From NCBI RefSeq assembly GCF_009914755.1, contig NC_060928.1: a stretch of DNA of 64,000 bases. The stretch is one strand, 5' to 3'. Under the pieces are notes generated by a model. It saw only the letters and a list, made by a program, of their open reading frames with translations. It was not told the origin of the DNA and searched no databases. This DNA comes from the human T2T-CHM13v2.0 reference genome, Homo sapiens. Shown one piece after another: positions 44,867-63,200 of this stretch (within the stretch, counting starts at the first letter, position 1; each line of letters begins with the position of its first letter). Made by a program: the position numbers and the translations under genes.

Positions 44867-45429
44867 GGTAGGTTATTATTATATCATTTTACAAATAAAG
44901 ATGAATAAGGACTTCTGGGCCATCCCCTATGCTTGTGAAGCCCTTTCGTTTCCTCATTTAAATCTGCCGAGGTCCCACCCCTCCCCTGTACCCTCCCCAG
45001 GCTGTCCCAGGCCCCAGCGGCAATACATCTCTCAGCCCTTTGCTCCCAGCTTTTTGCATCAGCCTCTATTCCAGACTGCTTTGTTTTAAAGGTGCTTGTA
45101 AGTATGTCTTTGTCAGCCACCCACTGCAAATGCATGGAGAGCAGAGACCATCTCTCAATCATCTTCATTGCACCACTACAGCTAGTAAATGCCTGGCCTG
45201 GAGCCGAATCAAATGGGCGATCCTGCCCCCACGCCCCTCACTGGCTTATGCAGGGAGAGTGAGGACAGGTGGCTTTCTTTAGCCCATCACCTGCAGAGGT
45301 TCCTCCAGGAAGGAGAGGTGGTCGTTGTCAGTGTGGCCACAGCCTTTCCTTATCTACCCATTACAGGACCATTGAGAACTTGGCGCAGGATACAGACTTT
45401 AAATAAGATAAGAGATGTAAAATGTTTTT

Positions 45430-45878
45430 TTCAATTCGCAATTGCAAAAATATGGAACCAGCCCAAATGCCTGTCAATCAATGGGTGGATAAAGAAACTG
45501 TGGTATATACGTACACGATGGAATACTACTTAGCCATAAAAAGGAATGAATCAATGGCACTTGCAGCAACCTGGATGGGACTGGAGACTTATTCTAAGTA
45601 AATTAACTCAGGAATGGAAAACCAAACATCGTATGTTCTCACTTATAAGTGGGAGCTAAGCTATGAGGATGAAAAGGCATAAGAATGATACAGTGGACTT
45701 TGGGGACTCAAGGGGAGAGGGTGGGAAGGGGTTGAAGGATAAAAGGATACAAATTGGGTTCAGAGTATACTCTGCTTGGGTGATGGGTGCACCGTAATTT
45801 CACAAATCACCACTGAAGAATTTACTCGTGGAAACCAAATACCACCTGTTCCCCAAAAACCTATAACATTTTTAAAAA
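45430..45878 (+). mobile_element. L1PB-like 3' end
   Basis: ORF2 C-terminus FAIAKIWNQPKC followed by L1 3'UTR. Confidence 0.85.
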
Positions 45879-46462
45879 ATGTGCTCTTAACATTATTCCA
45901 TGCACTGCAGAGTGTATACTCCTTATTTTATAATGAGTTTATACTTTTATATATAAATATATTCTTATAATACTCGTATTTTATAATATATTCTTATAAG
46001 CATCTACTACTTCTTATTTATTACTCAAAATGGGATATATTTTTGCCATCACTTAGAGATGCCAAGATGTGGATGGGAGAAGGCAAGCAGTGCGAAGGAT
46101 GAGGCCTGGGTCTGCTCCATTCTACCTGTTCTCTTAGCCTTGTATTGAATGAACAGAAATCTTGGTATTTAGCCATGTAACTGCTAAAAATATGTGGCAC
46201 AAGTTAGTGTTGGCGATACAGTTGCTTTTTAAATTTATCCTATAAATGCAGTAATCCTAGCACTTTGCAGAATAGCTGGAATAGTGCACACAGGGAAGTA
46301 AAACACATATTTACATTATTTGGGAGTATCAGAAATAGAATATCAGTGTTTTGGGGTTTTTTTGTTGTTGGTTTTGCCTTTTCTGTGGAAAGGATTTCAA
46401 ATATTCCAAGTTACTAAGTGGTTATAAACAAAAATTTTGTGCTCTGCATGTTATCTAAATAG

Positions 46463-46789
<327 letters not shown>

Positions 46790-47759
46790 TAAATTTGAGT
46801 ATTTTAAAAATTTAATATGTTGAGATAAAATTGCTTAAAATGTTTAATTTTTGTAGTAAAAATATTCTATGGGGCTTTGAAAGAAGGAAAATTTTAGAAA
46901 CCATTCTGGATGTGATGGTTAGTAGGTAATCTAAGGAATAGTTAGGCTTTACTAGTGTAAGATTTTTCTGACGATCTTACAGATATCCTTTAAAGTGGCC
47001 ATGGTTTTGGTGATGACTTTAAGTGAACAACTCAAAGGAAGCTTTAGCCTGTGATAAATGTGGGAGAAGGACAGTGTCTGGGTCCACACACTCACTACAA
47101 GACTTGAATCAGAGCCCTGCCTCTCCTACTTGCTCTCTGGACTATTTTGGAGAGAGGGTCTCTATCTTTTCCGCTTGGTTAATATGTGTCTGTACTGTAA
47201 GTATATTAAGGCATTATTAGCAATGAAATGAAATTGAAAAATTCTTAGTAGTACGTCGTTTGTGTGAAGAATCGCCAAATAACATGGTCAGAGCTGGTAG
47301 CCTAAGCGTGAAAAACTTGATCATTTACTGAACTTAGGGTGGGCTGATTATCTTTGCTTTTTGAATGGCTGAGCACTGGAAAGGTTGCCCCAGCCAACAA
47401 GGAATTAACTACTGATAAGACTATCCAGAAAAGGGAGAAAAGGTTGTGGAAAGTGAAGTTAAGTTTGGTTTAATGTGTATTGATTTTGAGACACCTCCAG
47501 GCTACACAGACATAGTTGTCCACATAAGACAAACTGAAGTCAGGAGAAAGGTTAGAGATTAGAGATTTAGTTTTCGACAGTGGCAAACTTTCCAGGAGTG
47601 AATAACATTTCCTAGGAAGTCTATAATGTGAGAAAGGAAGGAGGTCCAGGAATATAGTTGGTAGTTAAGACAGTGGGATTTAGGATCAAACACATTTGGC
47701 CTCAAGTCTTAATTATAATATACTCTAACTCTGTGATCTTGGAACATCTGCCTTTGAAA

Positions 47760-52460
<4,701 letters not shown>

Positions 52461-53139
52461 CTACTTTGTCCTTTATCAGCACATCCATCCTACCTTCTTC
52501 TTTGCCCACATAACTCCTTATATCATAAAGGATTCATATTGGTCATCTGTCTGGCTTTGATGGGCAGAGGGTAACTTTACTGGTTTGGGGATAGTTTTGT
52601 TTAATTTTTCTTTTCTAGCCTTGCATCTCTGTGAGCCAATGCACACATTCTAATCCTCTGTAGGACAAGTGTTTAATGGTGTTAGACCAGGAAATGTAAT
52701 AGAGACCATGCTTTACTTGGAGCCCTGCCCTGCTTTTCACTTTCATCAATGAGTGTTAAAATTGTTAGAAGTTCAAAACACTTAAAAGATTATTATGACC
52801 TCCCCACACCATTCCCATATTTTTATTCCATAAACAAACAAAAACACCAAAACCCATTAACTTAGTTTTAAAAATATAAAGAAGTACACAATTATCTGGT
52901 TTTGTCTCATGATGACTATTTTGATGATTTTTTTGAGAAAACAAAAAATTAAGTGCTTTTTTCTTTTCCTGTTTTTGGAATTCCCACTTTAATGGCACCC
53001 TAAACACAAAGCTTTGTCCATTATGGAGGCACTATAAGAAAACCTCCTTTGTCCCATAGGACCTGGATGGCAAGTATCCAGGATATAGCTACCACTTCCT
53101 CCTCCCATGCCTATGGCAGACACCATCACAACCATACGT

Positions 53140-54945
53140 ACATCCTCTTCCATGAAATGTCTGTACATGCTTTGCTCATTTTCTAAGTGCTTTGTTTGAT
53201 TTTTTTACTGTTAAGTTTTGTGGGTTCTTTATATATTCTAGATACAAGTCTTTTATTCCTAATCTGTAACTTGTTTTTTTACCCTCTTAACAGGGCCTTT
53301 TACATAGCCAAAGTTTTACCTTTTTATGAGGTTCAATTTATTCATTTTTCCTTTTGTGGATTGTACTTTTGGTATCAAATCTAAGAACTCTTTGCCACGT
53401 TCTAGGTCTTGAAAAGATAAGTTTGTCTTATTTTTCAAAAACTTTTATAGTTTTCTATTTTACACTTAAGTTAATGGTTCATTTGAGTTAACTTTTGTGT
53501 GCAATGTTAGATTTAGATTTTTAATTTTTTTATTTGCCTGTGGGATAGCCAATTGCTCCAGCACCATTTGTTGAAAAGAGGATTTCTACTTCATTGAATT
53601 GCATTCACATCTTTGTCAAAAGTTATTCGAGTATATTTGTCTGGATTCATTTCTGGATTCTCTGTTCTATTCCACTGATCTGTGTCTGTCCTCCACACTG
53701 TCCTGATTACTGTAGCTATATAGTAAGCCTTAACATGGGAGGAATGATTTCTCCCACTATATTATTTTTCAAAATAATTTTGGCTAGTTTAGAGCATTTT
53801 TATTTTAATATATATTTTACAATAAGATTACCCATGTTTACAAAAAGCTTGCTGAGATTTTGATAGGAATTGCTTTAAATCTGTCAGTCAGTTTGGGGAG
53901 AATTGATATCTTTACTATATTAAGTCTTCAAATCTATGAAGATAGCATATCTCTCCAATTATTTAGGTCGTCCTTGATGTCTTTCATCAGCATTTTGGAT
54001 TTATCAAAATATAGAACCTGTACATACACTGTTAGATTTATACCTAAGTATTTTATTTTCTTTGGAGCAATTCTAAATGGTTATAGTGTTTTATACTAAC
54101 AACAAAACAACTTGTTGGTATGTGTAAATGCAGTCACTTTCGAGTGTCAATCTTGTATCCTGTGACCTTACCCAACTCACTTATTAGTTCTCAGTGTTTT
54201 GTAGATTCGTTGGGATTTTTAAAATGTAGATAATTGTATTTGTAAATAGACAATGTTTTATTTTTTTAACCCAGTTTGTATGTCAGTTGTTTCTTTTCCT
54301 TGCCTCATTTGACTGTCTAGAACTTCCAATATGATGTTGAATAAGAATGGAGAGAGTGGACACCCTTGCCTTGTTCTTGATCTTAGAATGAAAGCACTCA
54401 GTCATTTACCATTAAGTATGATATTAACTGTAGGATTGTTGGTAGATGCTCTTTGAGGTTAAGGAAGTTCCCCTATATTCTTAGTTTGCTGACAGATTTT
54501 ATCATGAATGAATATTGAATTTTATATGCTTTTTTATCACATCAATTAATATGATCATGATTTTTTTCTTTAGCCTGTTGATATAGTAGATTACATGAAT
54601 TAATTTTTGAATATTGTACCAGGCTTGCATACCTTAAATAAACCAGCATGGTTATAGTATATTATTCTTTTTATGTATTGCTGGATTTGGTTTGCTAACA
54701 TTTTGTTGAAGATTTTCATGTCTAAGTTAACAGGAGATACTGATTTGTAGTTTTCTTTTTTGCGTGTGCTGTCTTTGTCTGGTTTAAGTGTTAGGGCTAT
54801 ACTAGTCTTATAAGACGAGTTGGGAGGCGTCCCTTCCTCTTCTATTTTCTGGAAGAGATTGTGTAAAATTGGCATTAGTTCTTTTTTAAATGTTTGGTAA
54901 AATTCTCCAGTGAAACTTTCTGGGCCTGGAGATTTTGATTTTTAG
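53140..54945 (-). mobile_element. Degenerate L1M ORF2 fragment
   Basis: PILHNLFQKIEEEGTPPNS...KPDKDSTRKKENYK...KIFNKMLANQIQQYIKRII. Confidence 0.85.
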
Positions 54946-56819
54946 TGTTATTTTAAATGTGAACTTACTGGTACCCGTAAGAACAAATGGGGCCCAGGAA
55001 GACTGTGTTTAGGGGTGTCTGGGGAGGTTTGGGTCTCAGTTACTATTGTCCATCACATGTGTTTGTTACATTAGATCATGAGCTTCTTGAAGGCTAGCCG
55101 TGGTGTGTTGGTCATCATTGGAATCCCGGCACCTGGGACAGTGCCTTGCACATACTGAGTACTCAGTGTAAGGTTGCTGAGTAATGGAACTGACTCTCAG
55201 CACTTTGATTGTTGCAGACTGGAACCCTGATGCTTCTTAGGGAAGCCAAGGGAGAAGAGGGCAGCACAAAAATGCCTGAGTCTTCTTTTGGGGGTGGAAA
55301 AGTCTCTTTGGGAGAAGAGAGAAGTAGATAATATTTGTGATCTCATTCTTCCTCTTGCCTGCTTGAACTGCTACCATTCAGGCCTTGAAAAACCCAGTGT
55401 ACCAAGAAGACGGTGTGTGGAGCACTGGTAGTGGGGAAGAACAGATGCAGACTAGCGCCCCTTCCTGCTGTGTGTGTCTTCAAACACAGAAACAAGCTCT
55501 GAGAATTATGCTTCAACATAGAAGATGGAAAGGAGATGAGAATGTATCAAGCTTAGGCATAACTTACTGAGTAATAGTTCTTAATTATTTATAGATGAGA
55601 AGACTGAGGCTTGAAGAAACTATTGACTTGCCTAGGTCTCTCTGAATTTCGAAAGCTACGCCAATGAACTTGACACTTTTACTGCAGCTTCTAGTCTGTT
55701 AAGTGGTTTATCTTGATATACTTTAGATGATACAGCTGTAGAAAATTTTGTACCAGTTACACCAAGCTCTAGTGCTTTTCTCATTTCATAACATAAAATG
55801 ACAAATTAATGGTTATTACTACTCTGAATTGGAACATCTTGAGACAGATTCTTTGATTTGTCCTTCTAACACTATCTGCATTAACTGATACCTTTATTAA
55901 TTGAACTTTTTTAGCACTTACCTCTCTGTATCACTCTCTGGACAGTAATGGAGTGCATTTTAAAGTATTTTGTTTTATTATGTTTAGTTACTATTTGTTT
56001 CTGAGCAATAATGTATTTAATCATTTTGCAAGTTGAGAATTTTTTAATGTTATTTACTCTAAAATCTGTGGGTCTTATGCTAGATTTATTTGTAGCATCT
56101 AGGGCAATAGCTTCAGCATAATATTGCACAATATCATTGTTGATTGGTCAATATGTAAAACTGATGATACTTAATTTCTAAGGCTCTGTCTTAATAGAAG
56201 ATATTCTGGTTCAACTTATTAAAAATTCTCTTCTTATAAGTACCTCTACCCAGATCCTAATCTCAACTTAAACCCAACATTCTATTTTCAACTCAAGTGA
56301 ACCACTCTCTCTTCTAAGTCATCCCTGGTGCATGTACACATCTCCCTCTTAACATAGAGCATTGGAGTTGTTTGCATGCCTCTCTTCCTTATTGGATTAT
56401 GAGTTCCTTTTGGGAATGATTCATTGCTGTATTACCAGTGCCTAACACAATCCCTGTGGAATACAAGCTGAAGGATGGCAGAATCATTGTGTACCCACCA
56501 TCTAGACCAGTGTCTGGCATGTGGTAAGCACTCAATGCATATTTATTGAATGAATAAGCCAATGTCAATAGTTTGTGCTCAATAAATAGTTGCTGAGTTA
56601 ATAAATTAATTTGTATTTGTGCAATGTGTTTCATAGGCAAAAATCAAACTGTTCAATAATCCAGATTCAGTGACTACATGAGGGATACATATTGCCAGGA
56701 TTTGCTTTTCAAGGTAACCCCATCCATTAAGAGCATTGAAAACTTGATAGTAAATAAGAGTTGAAAGATAAAAAGGCTGGCCAAATTATCATCTAATTAG
56801 AGAATAGGGAATCAGGAAT

Positions 56820-57215
56820 TGCTATAGTTTGAATGTATCCCCTAAAATTCATGTGTTGGGAAGTTAATCTCTGGTGCAACAGTGTTGAGAGGTGAGACCT
56901 TTAAGAGGTGATTAAGTCATGACGATTCTGCCCTGTGAATAAATGAATGCCATTATTGCAGGTGTGGGTTTATTGTGGGAGTGTGTTCCTGATAAAAATA
57001 ATAAGTTTAGTCCCTTTCCATTCTGTGTCTTGCACACTCTCTTACTCTTTCTCCTTTCACTATGGGATGACACAGCATGAAGGCCTTTATCAGATGCCAG
57101 CACCATGCTCTTGAACTTCCCAACCTCCAGAACCATGAGGCACATAAATTTCTATTGTTTGTAAATTACCCAGTCTGTGATATTTTGCTACAGCAGCAGA
57201 AAACAAACTAAGACA
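56820..57215 (+). mobile_element. MST-family MaLR solo LTR
   Basis: tgctatagtttgaatgt ... aactaagaca; TSD GGAAT/GAAAT. Confidence 0.85.
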
Positions 57216-57434
57216 GAAATAAAGGGTGTTTTTAGACAAAATTGATCTTTTTTAATCCTGTGAATTTCAATATACTGGTTTGTGCATGTAGACACTGCCT
57301 TCATCCTTTGTTCACTTAGAAAATGCTGCCCTAAAACCTTTTATAAATATCTCTTGTAGAACAACTCATTTCTCAAGCTATTTATTAAAGGGAAGAGGAA
57401 TTAAATGCATAGCAGATATGTAGTTTTAAAAAAC

Positions 57435-57557
57435 TTTTTTTGAGAGACAGGGTCTTGCTATGTTGCCCAGGCTGGTCTCAAACTCCTGGCCTCAAATGAT
57501 CCTCTCACATCAGCCTCCCATGTAGTTGGGATTACAGATATGAGCCACTATACCTGG
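57435..57557 (-). mobile_element. Alu monomer (FLAM-like)
   Basis: Single Alu arm. Confidence 0.8.
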
Positions 57558-57883
57558 TTATTTAGGCTAATCCCCACTTTGGGCATTTTAAGTTTATTAA
57601 TGGGTCATGAGTCATCTCAGGAAACTCAGAAATCCAATATCCTTGATTACTTGCTTTCTTCTTCCAATAGTGGATGGACATTCACGTTTTCATCTGCCTA
57701 CAAAAGAAATCTGATAGTTGAAAAAGTAAGAATATAATCATGATTATTGATATAATATAATCATGATCAAACAAAAACCTACCTGCTCTGCCCCAATGAG
57801 CATGTCTCATTGGCTTGTGCCCTTGTCAAAGACAGGAACAAGAGGCATGAGGTAGAAGAGTTGGAAAGCGTATGGAGAGACAT

Positions 57884-58271
57884 ATAGTCATGCACCACTA
57901 AGAACATTTTGGTCAGTGATAGACTGTGTATACAGTAGTGGTCCCATAGAATTATAATGGAGCTGCCCTATACAGGTGTACCATATTTTATCTTTTATAC
58001 CATATTTTTCCGTACCTTTTCTATATTTAGATATGTTTAGAAACACAAGTACTTACCATTGTGTTACAGTTGACTACAGTATTAAGTACAGTAACATGCT
58101 GTACAGGTCTGTAGCCTAGGAGCAATAGACTCTACTCTATAGCCTAGATGTGTAGTAGGCTATACCATCTAGGACTGTGTGTGTACACTCTACGATGTTC
58201 ACTGAATGACAAAATGGTTTCACAATGTGTTTCTCAGAACACTCCCCTGTTTTTAAGTGAAACATGACTAT
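57884..58271. mobile_element. Tigger3a/MER7A-like DNA transposon
   Basis: Inverted ends tatagtcatg ... catgactata and characteristic interior. Confidence 0.8.
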
Positions 58272-58339
58272 ATATGACAAGAGGCAGACATTTGGGTGAT
58301 GCCAGAGCTGCTAACTCCTCAAAACATGACCAAAGGTTG

Positions 58340-58590
58340 AGCCCCATGAATAGGATTAGTGCCCTTTTAAAATAGGCTAGAGGGAGTTTGTTCACCCTTT
58401 CTGCCATGTGAGGACACAGCAAGAAGGCACCATCTGTGAAGCAGAAAGCCCTCATTAGACACCAAAATCTGCCGCCACCTTGATCTTGGACTTTGCAGCC
58501 TCTGGAACTGTCAGAAGTAAATTTCTGTTGTTTATAAACTACCCAGTATATGGTATTTTGTTATAGCAGTTGGAAAGGACTAAGAGACAT
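58340..58590 (+). mobile_element. MLT1A-like LTR fragment
   Basis: ccatgtgaggacacagcaagaaggcaccatctgtgaa ... ggactaaga. Confidence 0.75.
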
Positions 58591-59070
58591 TTAATGGACA
58601 GATGTCTGTCTCTCCTTTTTTACCCTAGTTCAAGTTTTCACCATCCCCTTCCTCCTCCTTGCATTCCAGTGGATACTCTCCAAATCATGGCTCTCTCTAT
58701 CTGAGGGTTAGATTTGAGTCGGGGAAGGAATTAACATTTTTGCAGTGGTGATTCTTTTTCGGTATGAAAAATCTCAGGAAATGAAAAGCACAACTGTAAA
58801 GCTCATAAACCTTAAGTTTAGGGTAATGTTTCCACATAGCTGCAGCTGGACTGCTCAGAAGGGTCAAAAGAAGGCAACCCCTTTCTAGAGGCTGCAAGTC
58901 GCTGCTTCCACAGGGTGAAAGTGGTGAAATCTGTGAGATGTGGGGCATGGTGGTGGAGGGGGAGACACTTTCTGAGTCACTTGAGAAGTAGATCACTTTA
59001 AACTGCTGGAGGGCTGGGCTCATGGAAGGAAGTGACCACCCATACATAGCTCCATTCCCAGTTCCTTTTA

Positions 59071-59146
59071 CTAAGAAGACAAGACAGAAGACAAAGAATA
59101 GGTAAAACAGGATGTAAAGTTTATATACAAGAATATAATGTTTATC
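59071..59146 (-). terminator. SFRP2 distal polyadenylation region (GATAAA 59141-59146, TATAAA 59120-59125, GU/U-rich element 59071-59098)
   Basis: Minus strand reads TGTA-TATAAA, ~20 nt, then ttctttgtcttctgtcttgtcttc. Confidence 0.65.
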
Positions 59147-59958
59147 TGAAATATTTACAGTGTTGGTTAAAGCAATATTTTTACAACTTTTAAAGGTAAA
59201 CTACTATGTATATTACAGGTAAGCTACAATGGGTTTAATTTGCAAAAGTTAAGTAAGAAATGTTTTAAACAAGGCTTAAAGTACTCAAGTCAATTATAAA
59301 ATTTATATCTTTTGCCTTTTACTTGAAGAAATCATGCTATAGAAATGGTTAATGTGCTTCTAATAAATGGAAGTATTGTAGCTGGAATGTGATACATGTA
59401 ACAGTTTAAGTTCCCATTGAAGGTATAAAATGATGAATTGTTGTAAGACTTAGACACTGAGTCTCAGTCTGGAGCTGATGAAGATGTTGAGATAACAGCC
59501 AGCTTTATCTCAACAGGGTTTGTGACCCACAAGTTTGGGCCACAGAGAAAATTGAAGCAATTTGCATGTTATGACAACCTCAGTGGGAAGTGAAAATCAG
59601 CTGACTCAAAACAACAAACAACAACCAACCAGACCCAAGTCACAGTTGCACCTATTCAAAACTAGCTTTAAAGTGAGCTATTTTTAAACTTCATAAAAAT
59701 ATTCATGATTTTATTAGTTTGAATATTTCTACAAGATTCGGGTGGGCTTTTCCTTTAGGTGAAAACAGCTATCCACTCCTGTGGCCTTATAACTCAGGAA
59801 ATGCTGGGGATGCAAACGTGCAAAAGGCAGGGGGAAGCTGCCCAGGCTGAGACTGGAGCAGCTAGGAGTGTGCTTGGGGAACGGGAGCTGAGATCCCGGA
59901 GCAGAAATGGTCAGCCGTGCTCTGGAGCAGGCCTGTCGGAGCCATCAGGATGCCGGGA
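59100..59958 (-). other. SFRP2: SFRP2 3'UTR
   Basis: Repeat-free AT-rich sequence after the stop; end inferred from variant PAS plus downstream GU-rich element. Confidence 0.8.
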
Positions 59959-60263
59959 CTAGCACTGCAGCTTGCGGATGCTGCGGGAGATGCGCTTGAA
60001 CTCTCTCTGCCCCTTCTGCCACCGCTTCACCGAGGTGATCACCAGCTCCCCACCCTGTTTCTGTCCCATGACCAGATAGGGCGCGTTGATGTCGTTCATC
60101 TCCTCACAGGTGCACTGCAAGCTGTCTTTGAGCCACAGCACCGATTTCTTCAGGTCCCTTTCGGACACACCGTTCAGCTTGTAAATGGTCTTGCTCTTGG
60201 TCTCCAGGATGATTTTGGTATCTCGGTTGATGTAGGTTATCTCCTTCACTTTTATTTTCAGTG
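59959..60263 (-). CDS. SFRP2: SFRP2 last coding exon (netrin/NTR domain: LKIKVKEITYINRDTK...RSIRKLQC*)
   Basis: ccctcatag acceptor (phase 1), TAG at 59959-59961; peptide matches the secreted frizzled-related protein 2 C-terminus; upstream exons lie right of the window. Confidence 0.97.
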
Positions 60264-63200
60264 CTATGAGGGAGGGCAGAAAGAGTCATGCCAGTTATAA
60301 TGAGGGAATACAGTATACCTCCCCCCATTCTGCCAACTCGTGTGACTTGGCCTGGATGAGGAAAGAGAGGCTTCCTAGAGCTAATGGGACCCTCAGAGGC
60401 TGCAGATCGGGGGTTGGGAGCTAGGGGCAGCAGGTGGCTCCACTGCTAAAGCCTCAAAGCATTTGCCAGGCACTTGGTTTCCAATCAGCCATTTTTTCAA
60501 AACTCTCTCTTTGCGGGACTCAATTAACTTTTCTTCTCCTTTCCTCACTCACCCTTGTGTTTGTAAGAAAGTTGCATGTGGTGTGTGCTCTCTCCAACAA
60601 ATGACTTCCTCTGTTGGAAACTTAAGCATGAAAAGAAATGCCTGACTTTTAGGTGAAATATGATCCCTCTGTGGCCGTAAAGTTTAAACTCAATTTATTA
60701 TGCAAGAGGTTTTTGGACAAACCTGTAAGGAAACTGTGTCACGCAATCATTGTTTTCTAAAGATCAGATTACAGGGAAGGAGAATTGATCTTACAGCTGC
60801 ATTTGATTTGGTAAAGCAGGAGAAACAATATGCAAGTCTCTTTTTAACAGCACAACGTGGTTAGTCATAAAAGTGTTTTTCTGAAGACCTCATCCTTATA
60901 TGCTCTCATTTGCCAGTCCAAGGCCAAGGCGTTTACGGATCATATATGTACTGTTTCCAAAATGTATATGTAGACTCGTTAGAATGCGAAGACCAAAAGT
61001 AAGTGGTTTACTATAAAGGACACGTTTTATAGTCATGAACAGTATGCTCTGGGAAAGAAAGCCCTACAAACGTGTATGCTGGAATTAAATTTCAAGACTC
61101 CATGAAAGCAGGAAAAGAATAGAATTTTAAGGTTAGAAGGGATCATCCCATTAAAATTGCTTGTTAATACACAAAGAATCTTAAATCCAGAGAAGTTTAG
61201 TGACTTGCATGAGGTCACCCAGTTTAGGTTGTTTGCTAGAACTCCAGTTGCCAAACCTCCTCCTGTAATACCACTGTGGTGTCTTGAGGCAATGTCCATG
61301 TTTTTGTAGTGGTTGCAGCATAAACTTGCCCAGCTGCAATGTGTCCTAAGACCCTGTGTGCCCCTGACAGCTATTCTGTATAGATGATGTGTAAGTATGA
61401 CTTCCTGACTTTGATGGAGTTTAATCTATGTTTAAATTAGTAATAGAGGAAGATTTTTCTGTGTTGCGTACAACTGTTTTTGAGATTTTCTTTTTTTTTT
61501 TTTTAAATATCAGAATGGGAATTTGACTGAGTATGGCTTTCTAGTCAACCAGGAAATTATAGAATCTCTAGCAGGTAAATAAAAAATGCTATGACTTGGC
61601 CAACCATGGTTTTGTCTGGTATGATATGCATCTGAACTGTGGTACTGAATTCTCAGTTTTTGAGACTCAAGTCGTGGAATAAGCCATACTTGTGGAAATG
61701 TTTCATGCTTTTGTGTCCTCTGCATTGGGAGTAGGGTGTTGGATAGACCTCACCATGGTGGGAGAAATGGACTGATTACACTTTACCTGGGAGCCTTGTC
61801 TGTAGTACAGGTAGGGCATATATAAGATTTCACCTGGCCAAATGAAACATTCTCAAGCTCCAAACATCAGAAAAAACCATCACTTTTAACCAGGAGGAAG
61901 ATTTTTTAGTCATCTTTGTCTAGCTCTAAAATAACTAATTTTGCAAATGTTTATCATGAGAAAACATTAGGGATTTTCTCCCTGGATTTTCAGCTAGGCC
62001 CAAACAGAGAGAATTGAATCCCCCACATAACCTTTCCTGTCCTGGAGGATGTGACTGAGGATGCAGGATGTGATCGCAGGCAGAGGTGATGATACTTTCT
62101 GGTCCTACAATAGGTTGTATATATAGGAAGGTAGTTCTGAACCATTTTTTATTCACCAGTACTTGCACCACTGAATTTCCCTTGTACTTCAGGAGCACAG
62201 TAGGGAAGAGGTGATGCCTTCCCAGAGTAGTCAAGTCAAATAAATCAGATTTCTATGCTTGTTCCTCCTACTTTTCCATTATTCACAAAGAACAGAGGCA
62301 AGATGGAATAGTGCTTATAAACCAATAATCTTATGATGCAGTTCTTAAAATTCTGCTTCATTATCCCTCTATGGGTCAAAAAGAGTGAAGAAATAGAAAA
62401 CAAAGCTTGTGAGGTATCTATGCATGTGATACCTTAAGTGTGATAACTTCTGTGTTGTTTTGAAAGGCTTTCTCTCTGTAAGGAGAGAGCACACTAAGGC
62501 ACACAGGCATCCATGTTTTGGCTCATGTCTTGATAGGGCATCCTTAGAAAGGGGGTCTTCTGTAAGGTCAGCCACAAAGCAAGCAAGTAATAGGTGTGTG
62601 TGCATGTTTCCCAAAGCCAATTGTTATGGAGCTCCACAGTGTAACAATCAACTTTTCATGGAAGTCAGGAAGGATCTGTTTTATGTGCAGTGCAAAGGAT
62701 ATAAACTGCCAGAAGAACATGATATTTTATAGGCTTTTTAATAGAAATTTTATAAAATGATATTTTTCTATCTTGCCCTTAATGAAGTGATGTAGCATGG
62801 GGGCTGAGAACTGTGTTTTGGTAAGGCTCTGGTGATTTGGAATTATCTGCTGCTAACATGCCTGGCTCTCAGCCAGTTTGAGGGTTGTATACATTTGAAA
62901 ACAGGCATATGAAACCCCGTCAGCCCCATTTGTGGCTCCTCCTGAGGGGAAAAGTTGCTAAGGACTTTGAGCTACCTCCCTTCTTTCTCTTTCCTCAGCA
63001 GTGTGAAGCCTTTCCCAACACCGGGACTATGGTAGTTCTGGGACCAGTCAGAGTTAAACCCAGGACACTTTCTGGAAGAGACCTGGAGTTGTCAAAGAGC
63101 AGGGATTGGATGGTTCCAGAGTTTTAGGGACCTGACCAGGCCTGAGATTTCTGGGATGGCAAGGTAAGGAGAGTGAGAGCTGGAGTGATTTCCCTCAGTC

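Noticed and set aside
55911-56129. 72-aa minus-strand ORF ending near a perfect GAG|GTAAGT donor (55921)
   Set aside because: No recognisable homology or clear acceptor; such donors arise by chance at this scale
59917-60300. 127-aa plus-strand ORF
   Set aside because: Antisense shadow of the SFRP2 coding exon with a non-ATG start
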